A stretch of 64,000 nucleotides of DNA, from NCBI RefSeq assembly GCF_030028105.1, contig NC_092385.1, forward strand, positions 36,732,774-36,796,773. Direction: 5' to 3'. Origin of the DNA: Mobula birostris. Lineage: Eukaryota. The notes under the pieces are model-generated. The model was not told the origin of the DNA, did not search any database, and worked only from the letters and a program-made list of their open reading frames with translations. This document shows positions 1 to 13,721 of this stretch, piece by piece. Every line of letters starts with the position of its first letter. Within the stretch, counting starts at the first letter, position 1. Position numbers and translations under genes: made by a program.

Positions 1-285
1 GATAGATTAGAAGTTTTTCCCAGGATGGAAATACAAGAGGGTATAATTTGAAGGTGATTAGAAGAAAGTTTAGTGGGGGTGTGTGAGATAAGTTTTTTAC
101 TCTGAGTTGTGGGTGCATGGGGCGGTGGTAGAGGCAGGTACTTTGGGAGCATTTAAGAGACTCTTAGACAGCACATAGATGAACGAAAAATGGAGGGCTG
201 TGTGGGAGGGAAGGCTTGGATTGATGTTGGAGTTGTTTAAAAAGTCAGAACAATTGTGCAGTACTATTCCAGGTACTATGTTCTA
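1..285 (+). mobile_element. CR1-type LINE 3' end, degenerate
   Basis: Similar to the 3' end of the better-preserved copy at 48800-49136 (tttttcccagg...gtggtagaggcag...tttaagagactcttagac). Confidence 0.75.
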
Positions 286-2739
286 AAGCTGATTGGGAAT
301 TTACATTAGATAAGAAGGCTGTGAAGGAGTTCATTGATTGTTTTAGAAGTAAGCACTGAAGTATTTATCTGAAATTGATATTACTGAATAGGTGTTCATT
401 TTGAGAAAAAGCTTAAAGAACTGTTTTGGCATCAAGGCAGCATCAAGTGTCTTGAGCAATATGAGATAGCAAAATGAAGTTAAACATGAAAGGAAATTAA
501 AGCTTAATAAGATGAGAATGAGATCAGGAATAAAATTTGAACTTAAATTTTCATGAAGAGTAAAGGATTATTAAGAACACAGCAAGCCAGATAATGCCCG
601 AGATTATGGTACTGCTTTATCAAGGCCACCCAGCACAATTAATCTATCATCAACCTGATCACCAAGATACAGTCCCTAGATGTTAGAATTTTTGTTTTTT
701 GTAGTAGAAAAATTGTATTTTTGGAGGGTAAACACTTAATAAAGCCAGATTGGTGAAAGTGAAAGATGTTGTTTACAATATTGAATGAAGGTTATATTTA
801 GATAATCTTGTAAAAATTGGTTGTGTAGCAATAATACACTTCCCTTTATGGAAGATTAAAACTCGTCTTTTTTAGTTTTATTGGTGTCTATAGGAAAAAT
901 ACAAGGCACAATATGAGTAATTTCTTAGGTTAAACTGTATGATGTAAACAAACTAGCCTTAATAAGCAGCTTATTGGGCTATGAACAATATCTTTAAACT
1001 GTAAGAGATTTGATAATGAAGTATGAAAGCTGAATCTAGTAAATCACAGTTTACAAAAAGTTAGTATTTACTGCTTAAATGATCTTTTACTTCACATCTC
1101 AATGCAGATTAGACCAGAATTCCATTCCCTTCAATGAATTTAGTTAAGTGGGCCTTTTGTTTACATGTCAGTCCAGTTTTTGGTTGTTTAAACTTTTTAG
1201 GAATAAATAATGCTAGAGGAAGTATCCAAATTCAATATTTTCTGCCAAGTCATATGTCCATTGTTTTAGACAAAAAAAGGCTAAGGGATTTTTCCTCATT
1301 ATGTTACCTTTGCTTAAAGGACATAAGTAAATAACCTGTCTTTCTAGATTACTTTGTCTATAGAATTGACATAATCTGAACAAAAAGCACAACAAAAGTT
1401 TGGTCTTTCTGTATGTGGTATAAAGATAGCAGCAAATGAATATAGTGAAGGTAACTGGATAATGATTAAATCTCTTCAATATAAGCAGTCACTTTTGGAT
1501 GTTACTGATTGGAGTAGGGTGACTTATATTGTAAACTAGTGGTATTTGAATATTCTATTTATGGTAATTTAGGTTTAAACTAATGAAGCACAAGAGCAAA
1601 GTATCGCTTGGTGTTATTCATCCATAACAAAGGCTTTGAAGTATATCTTAAAAATGCTTTTTATCCTGATGGAAATTAACTCCCTCAAATATTTAGAATC
1701 TTACATTTATGTGATATATGCAATGAAACAATGCCTTTGACTTGGATTAAGTTTGTCATAACCTTTTTACCCAGCCTTGTTCTAAAGTGTGCTTGCCTGC
1801 CAAGATATTCCATTGAAATGGTGATCATAATACACCATTTCACGCTGGTAATGTTGAAGGTAACTTTGATTGACAACCAAAAAGTTTGATGTCAACTTGC
1901 ACATTGAGACTATAATAATTAATGGACTGATTTATGGGGTAATTAGTCCGATTATTCAGCAGCTGCATTTGTTGGAGTGCAGAGATTTTTCTCTTTTTAT
2001 GGAAGGGATTAGTGGCTCAGGGAAGGTTTCAAACTGACATCTTGTATAGAAAGAAACCCTTTAGTTTTTGTACATAGTATGCACCAAAGGAGAAAGAAAA
2101 ATGTTTCTTGTCGTAAAGTCTGTTATGCAAGGAAAACTTCATAAATTTATAGAAAGATTAGATATATTTGTTTTATTTTCTGTAATATGGATGGAAAAGC
2201 TCTCTCATTCAGTTTATTAATTAAGTGAGAGAGGGCATACAGAAATATCACATTCCCGCCTGGCAAAATATTTCTGCAGCCCCAGCACAGACGGCAAATT
2301 CAACCTCATCCATCTTGCCAGTTTCCAAAGCACTTGGGAAAATACCCCGTTTCACCCCAGAAAAGGAAGGCAGCCTGTAACACTGAAGCAGCCAGTAAAT
2401 TTATCCCAATCCAGACCTCAGGCCAACCCGAACAGCAGCTCAGATCGCAAACTTCCATACAGATGCACAGTGTTCTGCTTAAAGTTGGGGAAACTTAACT
2501 TATTTTGAACATTATGGAAAATTTCTAATGAGTTTTAAAATAAATTGGAAATCCTTAAGTCAGCTTGATCATATGCACAGGTGCCCGAAATTCACAACCA
2601 GTGGAGGGCCTGTATAGCAGTTTTATAAGTGTCATTACCAGTTTCACAGTGGCAAAGTATGGGCAGTAAGTGCTGAATAGCCAACAATACTCATCCCATG
2701 AGTACAAATAGCAGGAATTAGAGGAGTAGATATGTACAA

Positions 2740-5190
2740 TGTTCAATAGGTCATAAAAGCATGAAGGTATAATAGGGTTTTAATAGGTAGATGATTTTAA
2801 CTTCCCTAATATTGACTAGGACACATATAGTGCTAAGTGATTAGATGGGCATAATATATTTAAGCATCTCCAGTAGATGGCTCTCTAAAGAGGAGGCAAC
2901 GCTTGATCTCCACTTGGGAAATGAGCTTGGGCAAGTGGATGAATGTCATCTAGGGAGCACTTTGGAACCGGTGACCGTCACCTGTGGAAAAGGATTGGAC
3001 TGGCCCACAGATTAAAGTCCTAAATTGGGGGAAGGCTAACTTTGATGGCATAAGACAGAAATTTGCAGAGGTGCGTTGGAAAAAGCTGTTAGTGGGTAAA
3101 GGAACATCTAGCAAATGGGAGGCCTTCAGAAGAGACATAGGGAGAGTTCAGGAACAGTATGTTTTGTTAGAGTGAAGGGCAAGGCTGGCAGGATTAGGGA
3201 AGCCTGGATAATGGAGGATATTGAGGCTCTGCTCAGGAAAAAGGAGAAAAAGTTAGGTAATGACAGCTGGAGTCAAGTGAATCTCTTGGGGAATATAAGG
3301 GATATAAGAGTAAACAAGAAATAAATCAGAAGGGAAGAAAAGGAATGGCATATCACTGGAGGATATGGTAAATGAGAATCCTAACAGAGTTTATAAATAT
3401 ATTCTGGGCAAATGAGTGACATGGGGGAGAATAGGTCTCCTGAAAGATCAGTGTGTTCATCTAAGCGTTCAGCAACTGAAGATGAGTGAGTCTTAAAATA
3501 AATTCTCCTGATCTGTATTTACCATGGAGAGCTGGGAAGTTCGAGGCATGGATGACCTGAAAAATTTTGATAATGACTGAAAGAGGAAATGTTGATGGTC
3601 TTGAGGACCATAAAAGTGGATAAATTGCCAGCCCTATCCAACTTCAGGCAAGGATATTGTGGGAAGCAGGAGAAGAAATTCATGGGGCTCTGGAAATCTT
3701 TCTCAACCCAAAGGCGGGGTACTTGTAGACTGGAGGATAGATAATGTTGAACCTTTATTTAAGTTCAAGTTTAATTGTCATTCAACCATACATGAATACC
3801 CATGAATACAGCCAAGTGAAACAGTATTACTCTGGGGCCAAGGTGCAAACCACACTACCAACAGTCATACAGCATAAGGTACATATCGCACATATAAGAT
3901 AGCAAGCACATGTACAATATCAGTAAAATATAATCATGCAAACAATGTACAGTCCAAGACCCTGAGTCCATGAATGTTGCAGCAGTCAGCAGTCGATACA
4001 ATACAGCTTGTCTTCTGTTGAGTGAACACTGAGGACAGCACCAACTCCAGCTTGCACTCTGCACCACACTGTCCCTGGCACTCTGCTGGAGTGCACCAGC
4101 TCTGACGCCTCTCTCCTGGGCGGCTGTAAAGCAGGTGACACTGCAGCTCAAGGCCCAGTCCTCACTACAATCAAGGCCATGCAGCCTCTGTGCCGTCCAC
4201 CCCTTCCACCCATCAATAAATAAGCGAATCAGAGCATTCCTCATTTACAATGTCCAGCAGAGTCTTGTGATCACAAGAAAAGCGACTAAGAGGATCGCTT
4301 GATATTGGACTGCACACCGCTTTCGCGCATCAACTCTTCTGACACCTCTCTGATGCAGGCAGCAGCACGATCCGCACAGAGTCCAGCTCCTTCAGTTTCT
4401 CAGCCAACGAGCAACTTGCTGAGGAATGGCAAGTGGAACTTAAGTCAAATTGTTATATTTTAGAAGGACAAATAAAAGTAACATTTTTATATTGGACAGA
4501 GGGGCCCTGAGTATTGCTGTGGAACAGAGGGACCCTGGAGTACAGTCATATAGTTCCCTTAAAGCGGAATCACAGGTAGATAGGGCAGTGAAGAAGGCTT
4601 TTGGCGTGCTGCCCTTCATCATTCACTGTAGAATACAGAAGTTATGTTGCAGTTGTAAAATACTTGATGAGGCAACACTTTTATTCAGTTTTGGTTACCC
4701 TGTTATAGAAGGGATGTAATTAAACTGGAAAGAGTGGAAAAAAAAGAGTTCCAAAGATGCTGTCAGCACTCAAAGTAGCCAGGCTGGCCTTTATTCCTTG
4801 AAACGTAGGAGACTGAAGGGTGATCTCATAGAGGTATATAAAATCATAAGTGACGTAAATAGGTGAATAGTCTTTTTCTAGGATGAAGGAATTGATAACT
4901 AAAGGACATAGTTTTAACATTAGAGGTGAAAGGTTTAATGAGGACTTGAGGGGCAAGATTTTTCACACAGTGCGTGGTAAATATATGGAACCAGCTGGCA
5001 GAGGAAGTGGTCAAGGCAGGTACATTAGATACATTTAAGAAGTTTGTGGACAGATATAGGGATGTCAAGAGTTTAGAAGGATTTGGGCCAAGTGCTGGAA
5101 TATGTGACTGGCTTGAATATACGTGATTCTTGGTCAGCATAGACATGCATAGCTGAAGAGCCTTTTTCTGTGCTTTGCAACTCTATGACT
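2740..5190 (+). mobile_element. CR1-type LINE ORF2 remnant, interrupted at 3761-4420
   Basis: Endonuclease-like DFNFPNID at ~2790; ORF 2984 'LNWGKANFDGIRQ...W...KWEAF'; RT C-terminus and 3' UTR at 4425-5190 resemble 48300-49136. Confidence 0.8.
3761..4420 (-). mobile_element. Non-autonomous retroelement with Rex1/Babar-like 3' tail, inserted in CR1
   Basis: Begins aagttcaagtttaattgtcattcaac, the reverse complement of the ...gttgaatgaca...aacttgaa tail of the + strand copy ending ~29700; GC-richer non-coding body. Confidence 0.55.
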
Positions 5191-5600
5191 GTGTAGGCTT
5201 AATTATATCCTGTTTCCTCTCTCAACATCTCCTTTCCCCAATCTTTCTTATCTTTTTGACACCAAGTCACAGAGTCCTCCTTCAATTAGTTTACTCACAG
5301 CTTTTTCCCCGATATTCTCCTCCCTGCTGTCAAGATTTTGTTTTCGCATATCCATCCCACATTTTGCTATTTTTCCCCATTCCCTCTCCAAAGTGATACT
5401 TCTTTCCAGTAAATTTCACTCATCACCCCTTTGGAATATCTTCTCCTGTTTTCTCTCACAATGAAGGTTATCACTTCACTCCCTGCTACTTTCTATCTTT
5501 GCTTAACAATATTTTTTCTCTTTTTGTCCCCTCCATAGCATTCCCTGCCGTTCTCCATTCTGCTCCTTGCCACACCCCAACCTAATCAATCTGATATGGT

Positions 5601-5801
5601 AACACACATCAAAGTTGCTGGTGAACGCAGCAGGCCAGGCAGCATCTGTAGGAAGAGGTGCAGTTGACGTTTCACGAAGGGTCTCGGCCTGAAACGTCGA
5701 CTGCACCTCTTCCTACAGATGCTGCCTGGCCTGCTGCGTTCACCAGCAACTTTGATGTGTGTTGCTTGAATTTCCAGCATCTGCAGAATTCTTGTTGTTT
5801 G
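5601..5801. mobile_element. PLE-derived fold-back mini-element with collapsed hammerhead core
   Basis: Near-perfect ~70-bp inverted arms (5601-5672 vs 5691-5763) plus a ~38-nt tail on the right; perfect 14-bp TSD caatctgatatggt at 5587-5600 and 5802-5815. Confidence 0.88.
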
Positions 5802-7684
5802 CAATCTGATATGGTTCTGCCTTGCTCACTCTTGTACTAGGCTATCCCTAAGCATCCCTCACTGAGAACTCCCTCTGCAGCTTGCTGTACATGTCCATCA
5901 AGTTGGGTGTTTGTAGGTCAGGGGTTGGAGGAAAACTGATCCTAAAAATAATAATGAGATTGTGCCACTTAGTTCAACAGGACACTCGAATCTTTGGCCT
6001 TCCAGTTTCAGAAAAATCCCTGCACCATCCCCTCGTACACATAAATGCATTTTATTCCAAACGTTGCAGGAGCATACACAGAAAATTATGTCAGCATATA
6101 TTTGGGCAAACTTGCAGTTTATTTTTAAATTGTATGCCTTTATTAATGCAAGATGTCAGCTAAAAAAACGTATTTTAAAATAGATTCAGCATAATACTAC
6201 AATGACATTTCATTAAATTTATAGCGAGTGTTAGAGCTATAAATACATCAGCATGTTAAATTTATTCTACTGCCTTAGAACGCAGCTTATTTTTGCAAAT
6301 TTCCACCTTAATATTGACCTCAGGAGATTACTGTGATTACTTTGAGGCTACAAAATTAGAAATGTCTAGCACCATTCAAAGTCTGTTAGAAAGATTGTGG
6401 CATTTGAAGGAAATTACTTATGTGAAATACTAATCTGCAAAAAGCATATCCTTTCTGCCCTTCTAAAATTTGTTTGTCATAGATTGATAGAGCAATATGG
6501 CATGAATGCTGGCCCTTTGGCCCAATGGGTCCATGCCAGCCTTGGGTCCACTCAGTTAAAGCCAATTTTTGTAAAAGGGCCGACAAGTACAAAAAAAAAG
6601 AAGAAATTGTCTTCTTTATTCCTAATGGATGGAAAAGGTTCAGGCTTAAGTTTTAATTAGAAATATAATTATTTGGCGGATGATCAGATTCTCTGGGGCA
6701 TACAGATTGGCCCGTTTTGGTGTAGTGATTGATTGCAGTTCAGAAATAAATTCATCATGAGGGATTATTTTTTAATTGGCTTTTGACAATAAAAGTTGTG
6801 TTATGAATAAACATAGTAAAATACATTTTGTTTGAAGATCATAGTAGGTATTTACTAATCAGGGATATTCACTCCTTGAGTTAATTTGAAAAAACATCCT
6901 TGATTTGGGCAATGGTGGTAAGGCTAGCAGTTACTGCCCATACTTGTTTGTCACTGAGAGACAAGAAACTGGATTGAAAATGAACAGCATTTTCTCAATC
7001 CAGTTAGAGTCCAATGGAGACTGCTGGAGGAATAGCACGTTTCTGTTGTGTCTAATTACCTTACTATGGAGCCTTCCAGATGCCACAGTGACAATGTCAG
7101 CTGGTATCAGTCTGCACTCCCCACCACTGGTCATTGCATGGAGTCTAAGGCTGTCAGTTTTGCAATGATCCCTACTGGCAACCCACATTGTGATAATTGA
7201 TTGGACTATGCAGCGTGCGAATTGTGGTTGCAGTTCACACTAAAAATATCCATTTCTTTGTTGGGGTTATCTGACTCCTACCTTACTAGGGGGTGAAGTA
7301 CCGGTCCTGTGAATCAGTTTAGACTGAACCTACTGAAAGCAGGTGCTTGATATTTTAGAATTACCTCTATGATTGATTGATGTCGCCAGTGTGCACATCA
7401 TTGGTAATTCTTCTGATCATTTAAAAAAAAATTGCTGTCAACTCTGTCATTGTGCCTAGCAGGCAAGATTCCTGAGTTGCGAGGGTTAATGGGTGACTTG
7501 ACATTAGATTTTGTATAGTTCTAGTAAAGCACCAGTTTAGCGCTAGTAAAAGATCTGTGGCATTTCCCTAGGCTCATCTGTCTTCCTCTTTACCCTTTCC
7601 TTTCTTTGGCTTCAGCATGCTTACTTTGGATCTGAACTCCACATTTCTGTCTTTTCCTTGAAGAAACATATCATGAACATATTA

Positions 7685-8390
7685 TAGAGCCATAGAAACA
7701 GGCCCTTTGGCCTATCCAGTCCATGCCGAAATGTGCACCACGGACCGGTTTAATATTGACAATATTCTTGCGGACCGGCCAACGGGGGTGGGGGGGTGTG
7801 TGGGGGTGGAGAGCGTGTTCAAGTTCAACAGTGCGTGACAGGGAATGAGGAAAGGTGCAGCTGACTCATAGTGTTTCATATTGCCAAATCATATTATTTC
7901 CTCATGGCCCGGTGGCGCATGCTTTGTGGCCCAGTACCGGTCCGTAGCCGGTGGTTGGGGACCACTGCTTTAGACCACCTGCTGGAACATAGCCCTGCAT
8001 ACCCCTCCCATCCATGTACCTACTGAAACTTCTCTTAAATGTTGCAGTCGAACCTGCTTCCATCACCTCTACTGGCAGCTTGTTCTACACTTGCACCACC
8101 ATATAAGTAAAGAAGTTTACCTCTCAAATTCCCCTTGTGTATTCACCTTCCACCCTTAACCTATAACTTCTAGTTCTAATCTCACCCAAACTCAGTAGAA
8201 AAGGTCTGCTTGCATTTGCCTGATCTAAACCCCCCTCATGATTTTGTCCCCCTCTATGAAATCTCTCCTCATTCTCCTACACTCTGGAATGAAGTCCTAA
8301 CCTATTCAACTTTATCCTGTAACTCAAGTTCTTATGAAGTATCTTGTGAAGTTTGCCGTTTGCCTTTGAACATCGGCAACATTTTGAGAA
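7685..8390 (-). mobile_element. CR1-type LINE 3' fragment interrupted by a hAT MITE
   Basis: Reverse complement of CR1 3' UTR and RT C-terminus (catagaaacaggccctttggcc...; taacttctagttcta...). Confidence 0.7.
7735..7967. mobile_element. hAT-Charlie-like MITE, left end missing
   Basis: Ends ggttggggaccactg (reverse complement CAGTGGTCCCCAACC, a Charlie-type TIR) followed by ctttagac, resembling the nTCTAGAn target; repeated ggaccgg/ccggt subterminal motifs. Confidence 0.7.
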
Positions 8391-10260
8391 CATTTTTAAC
8401 TATGCTCTCTGGAAGATGATAAACATATAAAATTGGGATAGGGTCCTACTTACTGTGTCCCTGTAGCCCATTTTGATTGACTACAGCCATAAATTATGAG
8501 TAGCTGGAACATAAACTAGGAATGCTCCTCTAGCTGATTGATCTCTGATTGTGGGGACCCATTAGCTATATCTGTCTGAGATTTGAGAAATGGTATAATG
8601 GTGGCTTCCGTTTAGCGACTGCATAAAAAGTCAAGGGAGGCTTACAATGGTAAGTTTTTAAATGACATTTATTGAGGGCCATTTTCAGGAGAGCTGGTCT
8701 GTTTTCCTCCATTTGTTCTCTCATTCCGATCTACTGACATTTTTGCTTGTGACCCAAGGTGGGTTTCCTTTTATTCTTTCAATTTTAATGGCCATTTTTG
8801 TTTAGAATGTTGATTATTGAGATTGGTGTGTTAAAATTAGCAAATCTATGATTCTAGATAGCTGGTCTTTTGTTACGTTATGTTCCTTCTTGGAATTAAT
8901 TTGAGCCCTATATACTGTATATAATTCCAGATTGACGTCATGTTTGTCAGAATAGAGCAGTAACCAGGTTTGTACAGCTTTGGCAACAGATGTGTTACTG
9001 AAATTAACATCTGTTCTGTGTCAGTGGTATCATAACCAGGCAGTAGCACATAATTGACAAAAGTTAGTGTAGATTTCCGATATGCTGGTGACCTGCTGTT
9101 TTGTTTATTTAACAACTCGAGAGCAATGCATTTCCATTCATTCCGTGTGTGCCTGGGAACATCTCAAATTATTGTAAAATGATCATTGCTCCAGAATACA
9201 ATTTAAGGCACGTTTTAAATTATAAATTTCAATTTACATTGAACTTATTGCAGCTTTTAAACTTTATAACTTCGAGCTTTAGCTTAAGAAACTTAGTAAT
9301 CAAGATTTAAATGTTCTGTTCAAAATTTTGGGCTTCAACAGATATTTTCACAATTTTCTGATGTTAAGCTTCCAATATGATCAGTTACCACTGAGATGGT
9401 AAAATAGTTTACAACGGAGGAATGATGATTCTGCCTATATATCGAGTCAGGTGTTCATATCACTTGGGCCCTCTCAGTCATTAACGTATTTTTCTATTCC
9501 TATTCTCGAATGATGCAGTATGATTTCAATAATGTCAGAGTTATTTGTCTTCGCCATGTTTGGTAGTAATGTGATCGAGGCTGAGACAAACAAGGAGCAG
9601 ACCCAAGCCACTTGGATCTTTGATCTTGCTCCATCACTAACTGAGATTGTGACTGATCTAACATTCCAACTAGTCAATATGGAAGTTTCACTTTTATTAG
9701 ATTTATTAGTTAACTACTGTACTTAACAATGTTGCATCGGTAATACTATGTATTAATATCAGCAAACATATTGGAATACTTTGCGATACTATGATCACAG
9801 AAAGGTCCAGAAAGAGCTCATTTGGCCCTTCATACCTCTGGTGGCCCTTCAGGAATTCTGTTATGTTAGACCCATCTTTTCCCATAAGTTAATGAATATT
9901 TCCCCTCATGTTGAGTTTTATTTAAGGGAATGATATGAATATTGATCTAATTTGCTCTGGCTTGACTGTTTTTTTATAGTTAAATAATGTTTTGATGAGT
10001 GAAATCTATTTGACTTTCTTAACACGACTGACAACTGTGCATATTCTAATGTAGATCTGATCTGTGGCTTCAGTCATTTGTCATCAACTGGGATTTGTGT
10101 GTGTGTATGTGTGATTGTTGAGGGCAGAAATCAGCTTAAAGTTACCAGAACGCGCATTGTTTAACTGCAGATTTCAGCTTTCAAGTTTTAGTCAATAGTG
10201 TGAGTTGCTAGCACATTCAGTGAGCTACATTCTCAAGTTGATAAGCATATTTCTGTCTCA

Positions 10261-10315
10261 TCTGTTGTTTTCTTCTAACGGAAGCCTGTTTTCTCCATTA
10301 TTGGTTTCATCACAG
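10261..10315 (+). promoter_or_regulatory. 3' splice site of MITF exon 1B1b (branch point, pyrimidine tract, AG)
   Basis: TTCTAAC branch-point consensus at 10273-10279, pyrimidine-rich sequence, CAG at 10313-10315. Confidence 0.8.
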
Positions 10316-10565
10316 CAATTCATCAGAGCAGCAAGGATCATCTAAACCCCCGTTAACCTCCTCCAATATGACATCACGAATACTGCTACGGCAGCAGCTC
10401 ATGCGTGAGCAAATGCAGGAGCAGGAGCGACGAGAACAGCAGCAACAGCAGCAGGCAGCACAGTTCATTCAGCAGCGAGTGCCAGTCAGCCAGACACAGG
10501 CCATCAACGTCAGTGTCCCCACCAACCTGCCCACAAATACTCAGGTGCCAATGGAAGTCCTCAAG
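10316..10565 (+). CDS. MITF: MITF internal coding exon 1B1b (common N-terminal exon of non-M isoforms), phase 2 in / phase 0 out
   Basis: Acceptor catcacag|C at 10315/10316 and donor AAG|gtacag at 10565/10566; 250 nt. Translates (S)NSSEQQGSSKPPLTSSNMTSRILLRQQLMREQMQEQERREQQQQQQAAQFIQQRVPVSQTQAINVSVPTNLPTNTQVPMEVLK, colinear without gaps with human MITF SSAEHPGASKPPISSSSMTSRILLRQQLMREQMQEQERREQQQKLQAAQFMQQRVPVSQTPAINVSVPTTLPSATQVPMEVLK (recalled). Closer to MITF than to TFEB/TFE3. Internal ATG at 10368. Confidence 0.96.
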
Positions 10566-13500
10566 GTACAGCTTAATTTTCATAATCTCTATTTCTTATC
10601 AGACTGCGCTAACAAATCAATATTTTTGAACAAATGTTCAGTAAGACAATGAAGAGAGAATGATATTCTACCTAATCTAGCTGAGCCATACGTGCAGCAG
10701 GAAAATTACATGTGACATAAATATTTTAATGTTTATGGATATTTTAACATAATGCTCAGAAGCTTGCAGCGGTTTTTTTTCTGGACAGCATTATAAAATA
10801 AAAGATTTACTGGTTTGGAAAACAGAAATAAACTAAATTTGATTTACAAACAATGTCATGTTGATTTTAAAGTTTTTATGTTTTTCAGAGGTTTTTTCTT
10901 GAACATTTTTTCAGTTGAACAAGTTTAAGGTTTTCATAGAAACTTCTTTGCTATTTAAAACATGCAGAACTTTTAACTCTTTGCCAGTGGTCACATATAA
11001 TCCAATTTCCTCCAATGAGTTGATGTCTTCTAACAGCCTTGATTCTTCATCAGACTAGCAAGTGCAGAAGCTTTATTAGTATCTCCTGCTTAACGAGACT
11101 ATTGTACATACTTTTCTAATTACTACATGATCTTGATATGGGAGCATTTTGAATTTTCCTGTGATGAATCTATATTTAGTGTCTGACTCCCATTATTGTT
11201 TTCCTTTATATCATTTAATAAAGGAAAAAATAAAACTGGAACAATTAGATCAATACACAGTGTTAGAATAATAGTTGTGTTATTTATCTGTTCTTCCCAT
11301 CAGGCCTAGGAACAATTTTGAATTTGCTGAAGCTCATATAAATAATTGAAACATGCAGTCTCTGTACAATACTTATTTGGCATTAAGTGTTTATTGTCTT
11401 TGAAATTACATAGTTTAATTTGATATACAGTTATTTTTTAATTATATAAAATGCCATCTTTAATTGGTAAGACTTTGCCTTGTTGTCATTGCTAAGCACA
11501 CTACATTTATTTACATTATTGAAAATAAGGTGTAATTTGCACTATTTGAAAACATCTCAGATACCAATAAGAGTCGAAGAAGCTTCACATGTTCTGAACT
11601 TTGTATTACTATGTTCCCCATTCTTTCCTTGGAATAGCAAGTTCTTATAAATAATGCAGGTTTATATAAAATATGCAATATTCAATCTTCTCAAACAAAG
11701 ATGCCATTCTTTCTATTTGAAACAAAAATACTGAGACTTTTTGGAAATCGGTTGCCAGTACAGTGTTCATTGTGAGTAGTAAGGCTTTATCTTTTTATTA
11801 GAAAGGAGTTGTAATCATTTTACTTGTATCATAAGAACATAAATGAAATCAAAATGAGGTATTTTGGAGTGCATGTGTAAAAGGTTGCAAGAAAAAAACT
11901 TCTATTAAGACGTACACAATTGTGGTGTAGATCTGAATAATACCAGGAATGGACTGTGGACTTCTTTCATGTCTCAGATGATGCATGACAATCCACTTAG
12001 AAAAAGATGGTTACAGGAGTGTTGAATTGTTGTTGTTCGTGTTGGAAGAAGGCACTAAAGTTGCCTCTGGATCAAGGCAGAAGTCAAGAGTTTCTGATTA
12101 GTTTCCAATATTCCTTTCTGGAGGCAACTTATGAAAATATTTACAAAAGACAAGAACATGGTGCAGACCACAGCTTCTCACACTTATAGTCCAGACTTGC
12201 ATAGATATTTGTTACTTTGGCAAGATGTCAGAGGGCATCTCAAATGCCTGGAAATGTATTGCATTTAGTGGTGTGAACAACAAAAAATATGCAGGTTGAT
12301 CAAAATTTCTCCTCAGAGTTAGAGTCTAAGAACACATTGGAATGTTGGGTAATTGGATTAATTTCTAAGAAAGTTTCCTTTCATATTGGGGTAGTGTATG
12401 ACATAGTGTGGTTAAATCAAAAGGGTTGAGAAGATGTGTGTACTTTTCAAATCAGTGGATTCCAAACAAAATATTGATGTCTTATTTTCACTGAGCAAGG
12501 CTTATTTTATTGGGATTCTTTTTACCCTCCCAACAATTTCTATCAGCTACATTCTCTTGTTTTGTTCTTACATATGCCTAATATAAAGTACTGATCTGAC
12601 TGCATCCAGGTGATGGCTTATTAAGGTGTATGTCCTTGCTAGTTAGTTGGCCGAATCTTTGCTGAGCCAAATCCAGCTCACTGGTCACTTATCTTTTTGA
12701 GCAGTGACAGCTGTTACTGATTTGGACAAGACCCTCATTAATAGAAGCCAGTTGTGGTGCTGTAATGTTGCTGTTAATACCAGGTAGCGAGCAAGAGGAG
12801 ATATCTTGTTATGTTAAAAGCCTTGCAAAGAGTAGTAGAATCATTGTTCTGGTGCCCACAGGCTTCACCTGCTCTAACTACCCTTTTCAAACACAAAATG
12901 GTTCTGATCCATTCTCTGTGTGCTGTCTTCATGCACATGAACTGCTTATAGTCTCTGCAATTTCCTTAGTTCTTTCTGTAATCTATAGCTGGTTAGATTC
13001 ACAGAATTATCTTTTGGAGTGCAAATATGGCTCTGTAATTAAAATCAACCAAGGTGGCCCAAAGAGGTGCCAAGGATGCAAAAACTGCCTCCTGCTGGAA
13101 GGATCAATCGTACATTTCCTCTCTCATTCAAAATCGGGTTTGAAATATTTCTTTTAATAATTTGGTGTTTACAGCAATGTTGCTGCTCCTGAAATTTAAA
13201 CGAATTGTTAGTATTGTGACATTAGTGCTGAAAATTTTAAGGACCTTCATTTCCTTAGACTTGCTGCAAGTATAAAGATTAAATCTGTATACACTATATG
13301 CTTTCAAGCTTTTCTTCAAAATGGAATGGACAAATGGACACGTGAATAAATTCACAAATGTGTCAAAATAATCTTTGTTTCTTTTTCCCTTTTTTAAACA
13401 TCATGCAATTTCTTTTTATCAAAGCCCACTTGATAAACTCTGATTTTGAAGTATTTGTGTGTTTCGTATTGGAATATTCCAATAAAGAATATTATTTATT

Positions 13501-13721
13501 TTGTCTGTGGATCAGAAAATATGATCAGTTATATTACTTTCATATATTAGAATGTTTTTAACTATTCTTTCACTGATACTGATAGGTATTGATATTCATT
13601 CTTCCATGGCATAGCATTTCTATTCCAGTCTGAAGATTCATTCATCTGTGATCTGCTTATTTACATCTTGCCAGGAAGTCTTGAAGAGCTACTTTTTGTC
13701 TTTCAAAGCCCTTTGAAATCC

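Noticed and set aside
5601-5763. Long hairpin as a pre-miRNA or classical MITE
   Set aside because: Arms are PLE 3' ends, TSDs are long and variable, ends are asymmetric, and junctions differ between copies. A small-RNA product cannot be judged from sequence.
10566-10652. C-terminal part of the 94-aa ORF 10368-10652 (VQLNFHNL...)
   Set aside because: Read-through into the intron. Homology ends at MEVLK where a GT donor lies; the true next exon begins VQTHLENP and was not found in the window.
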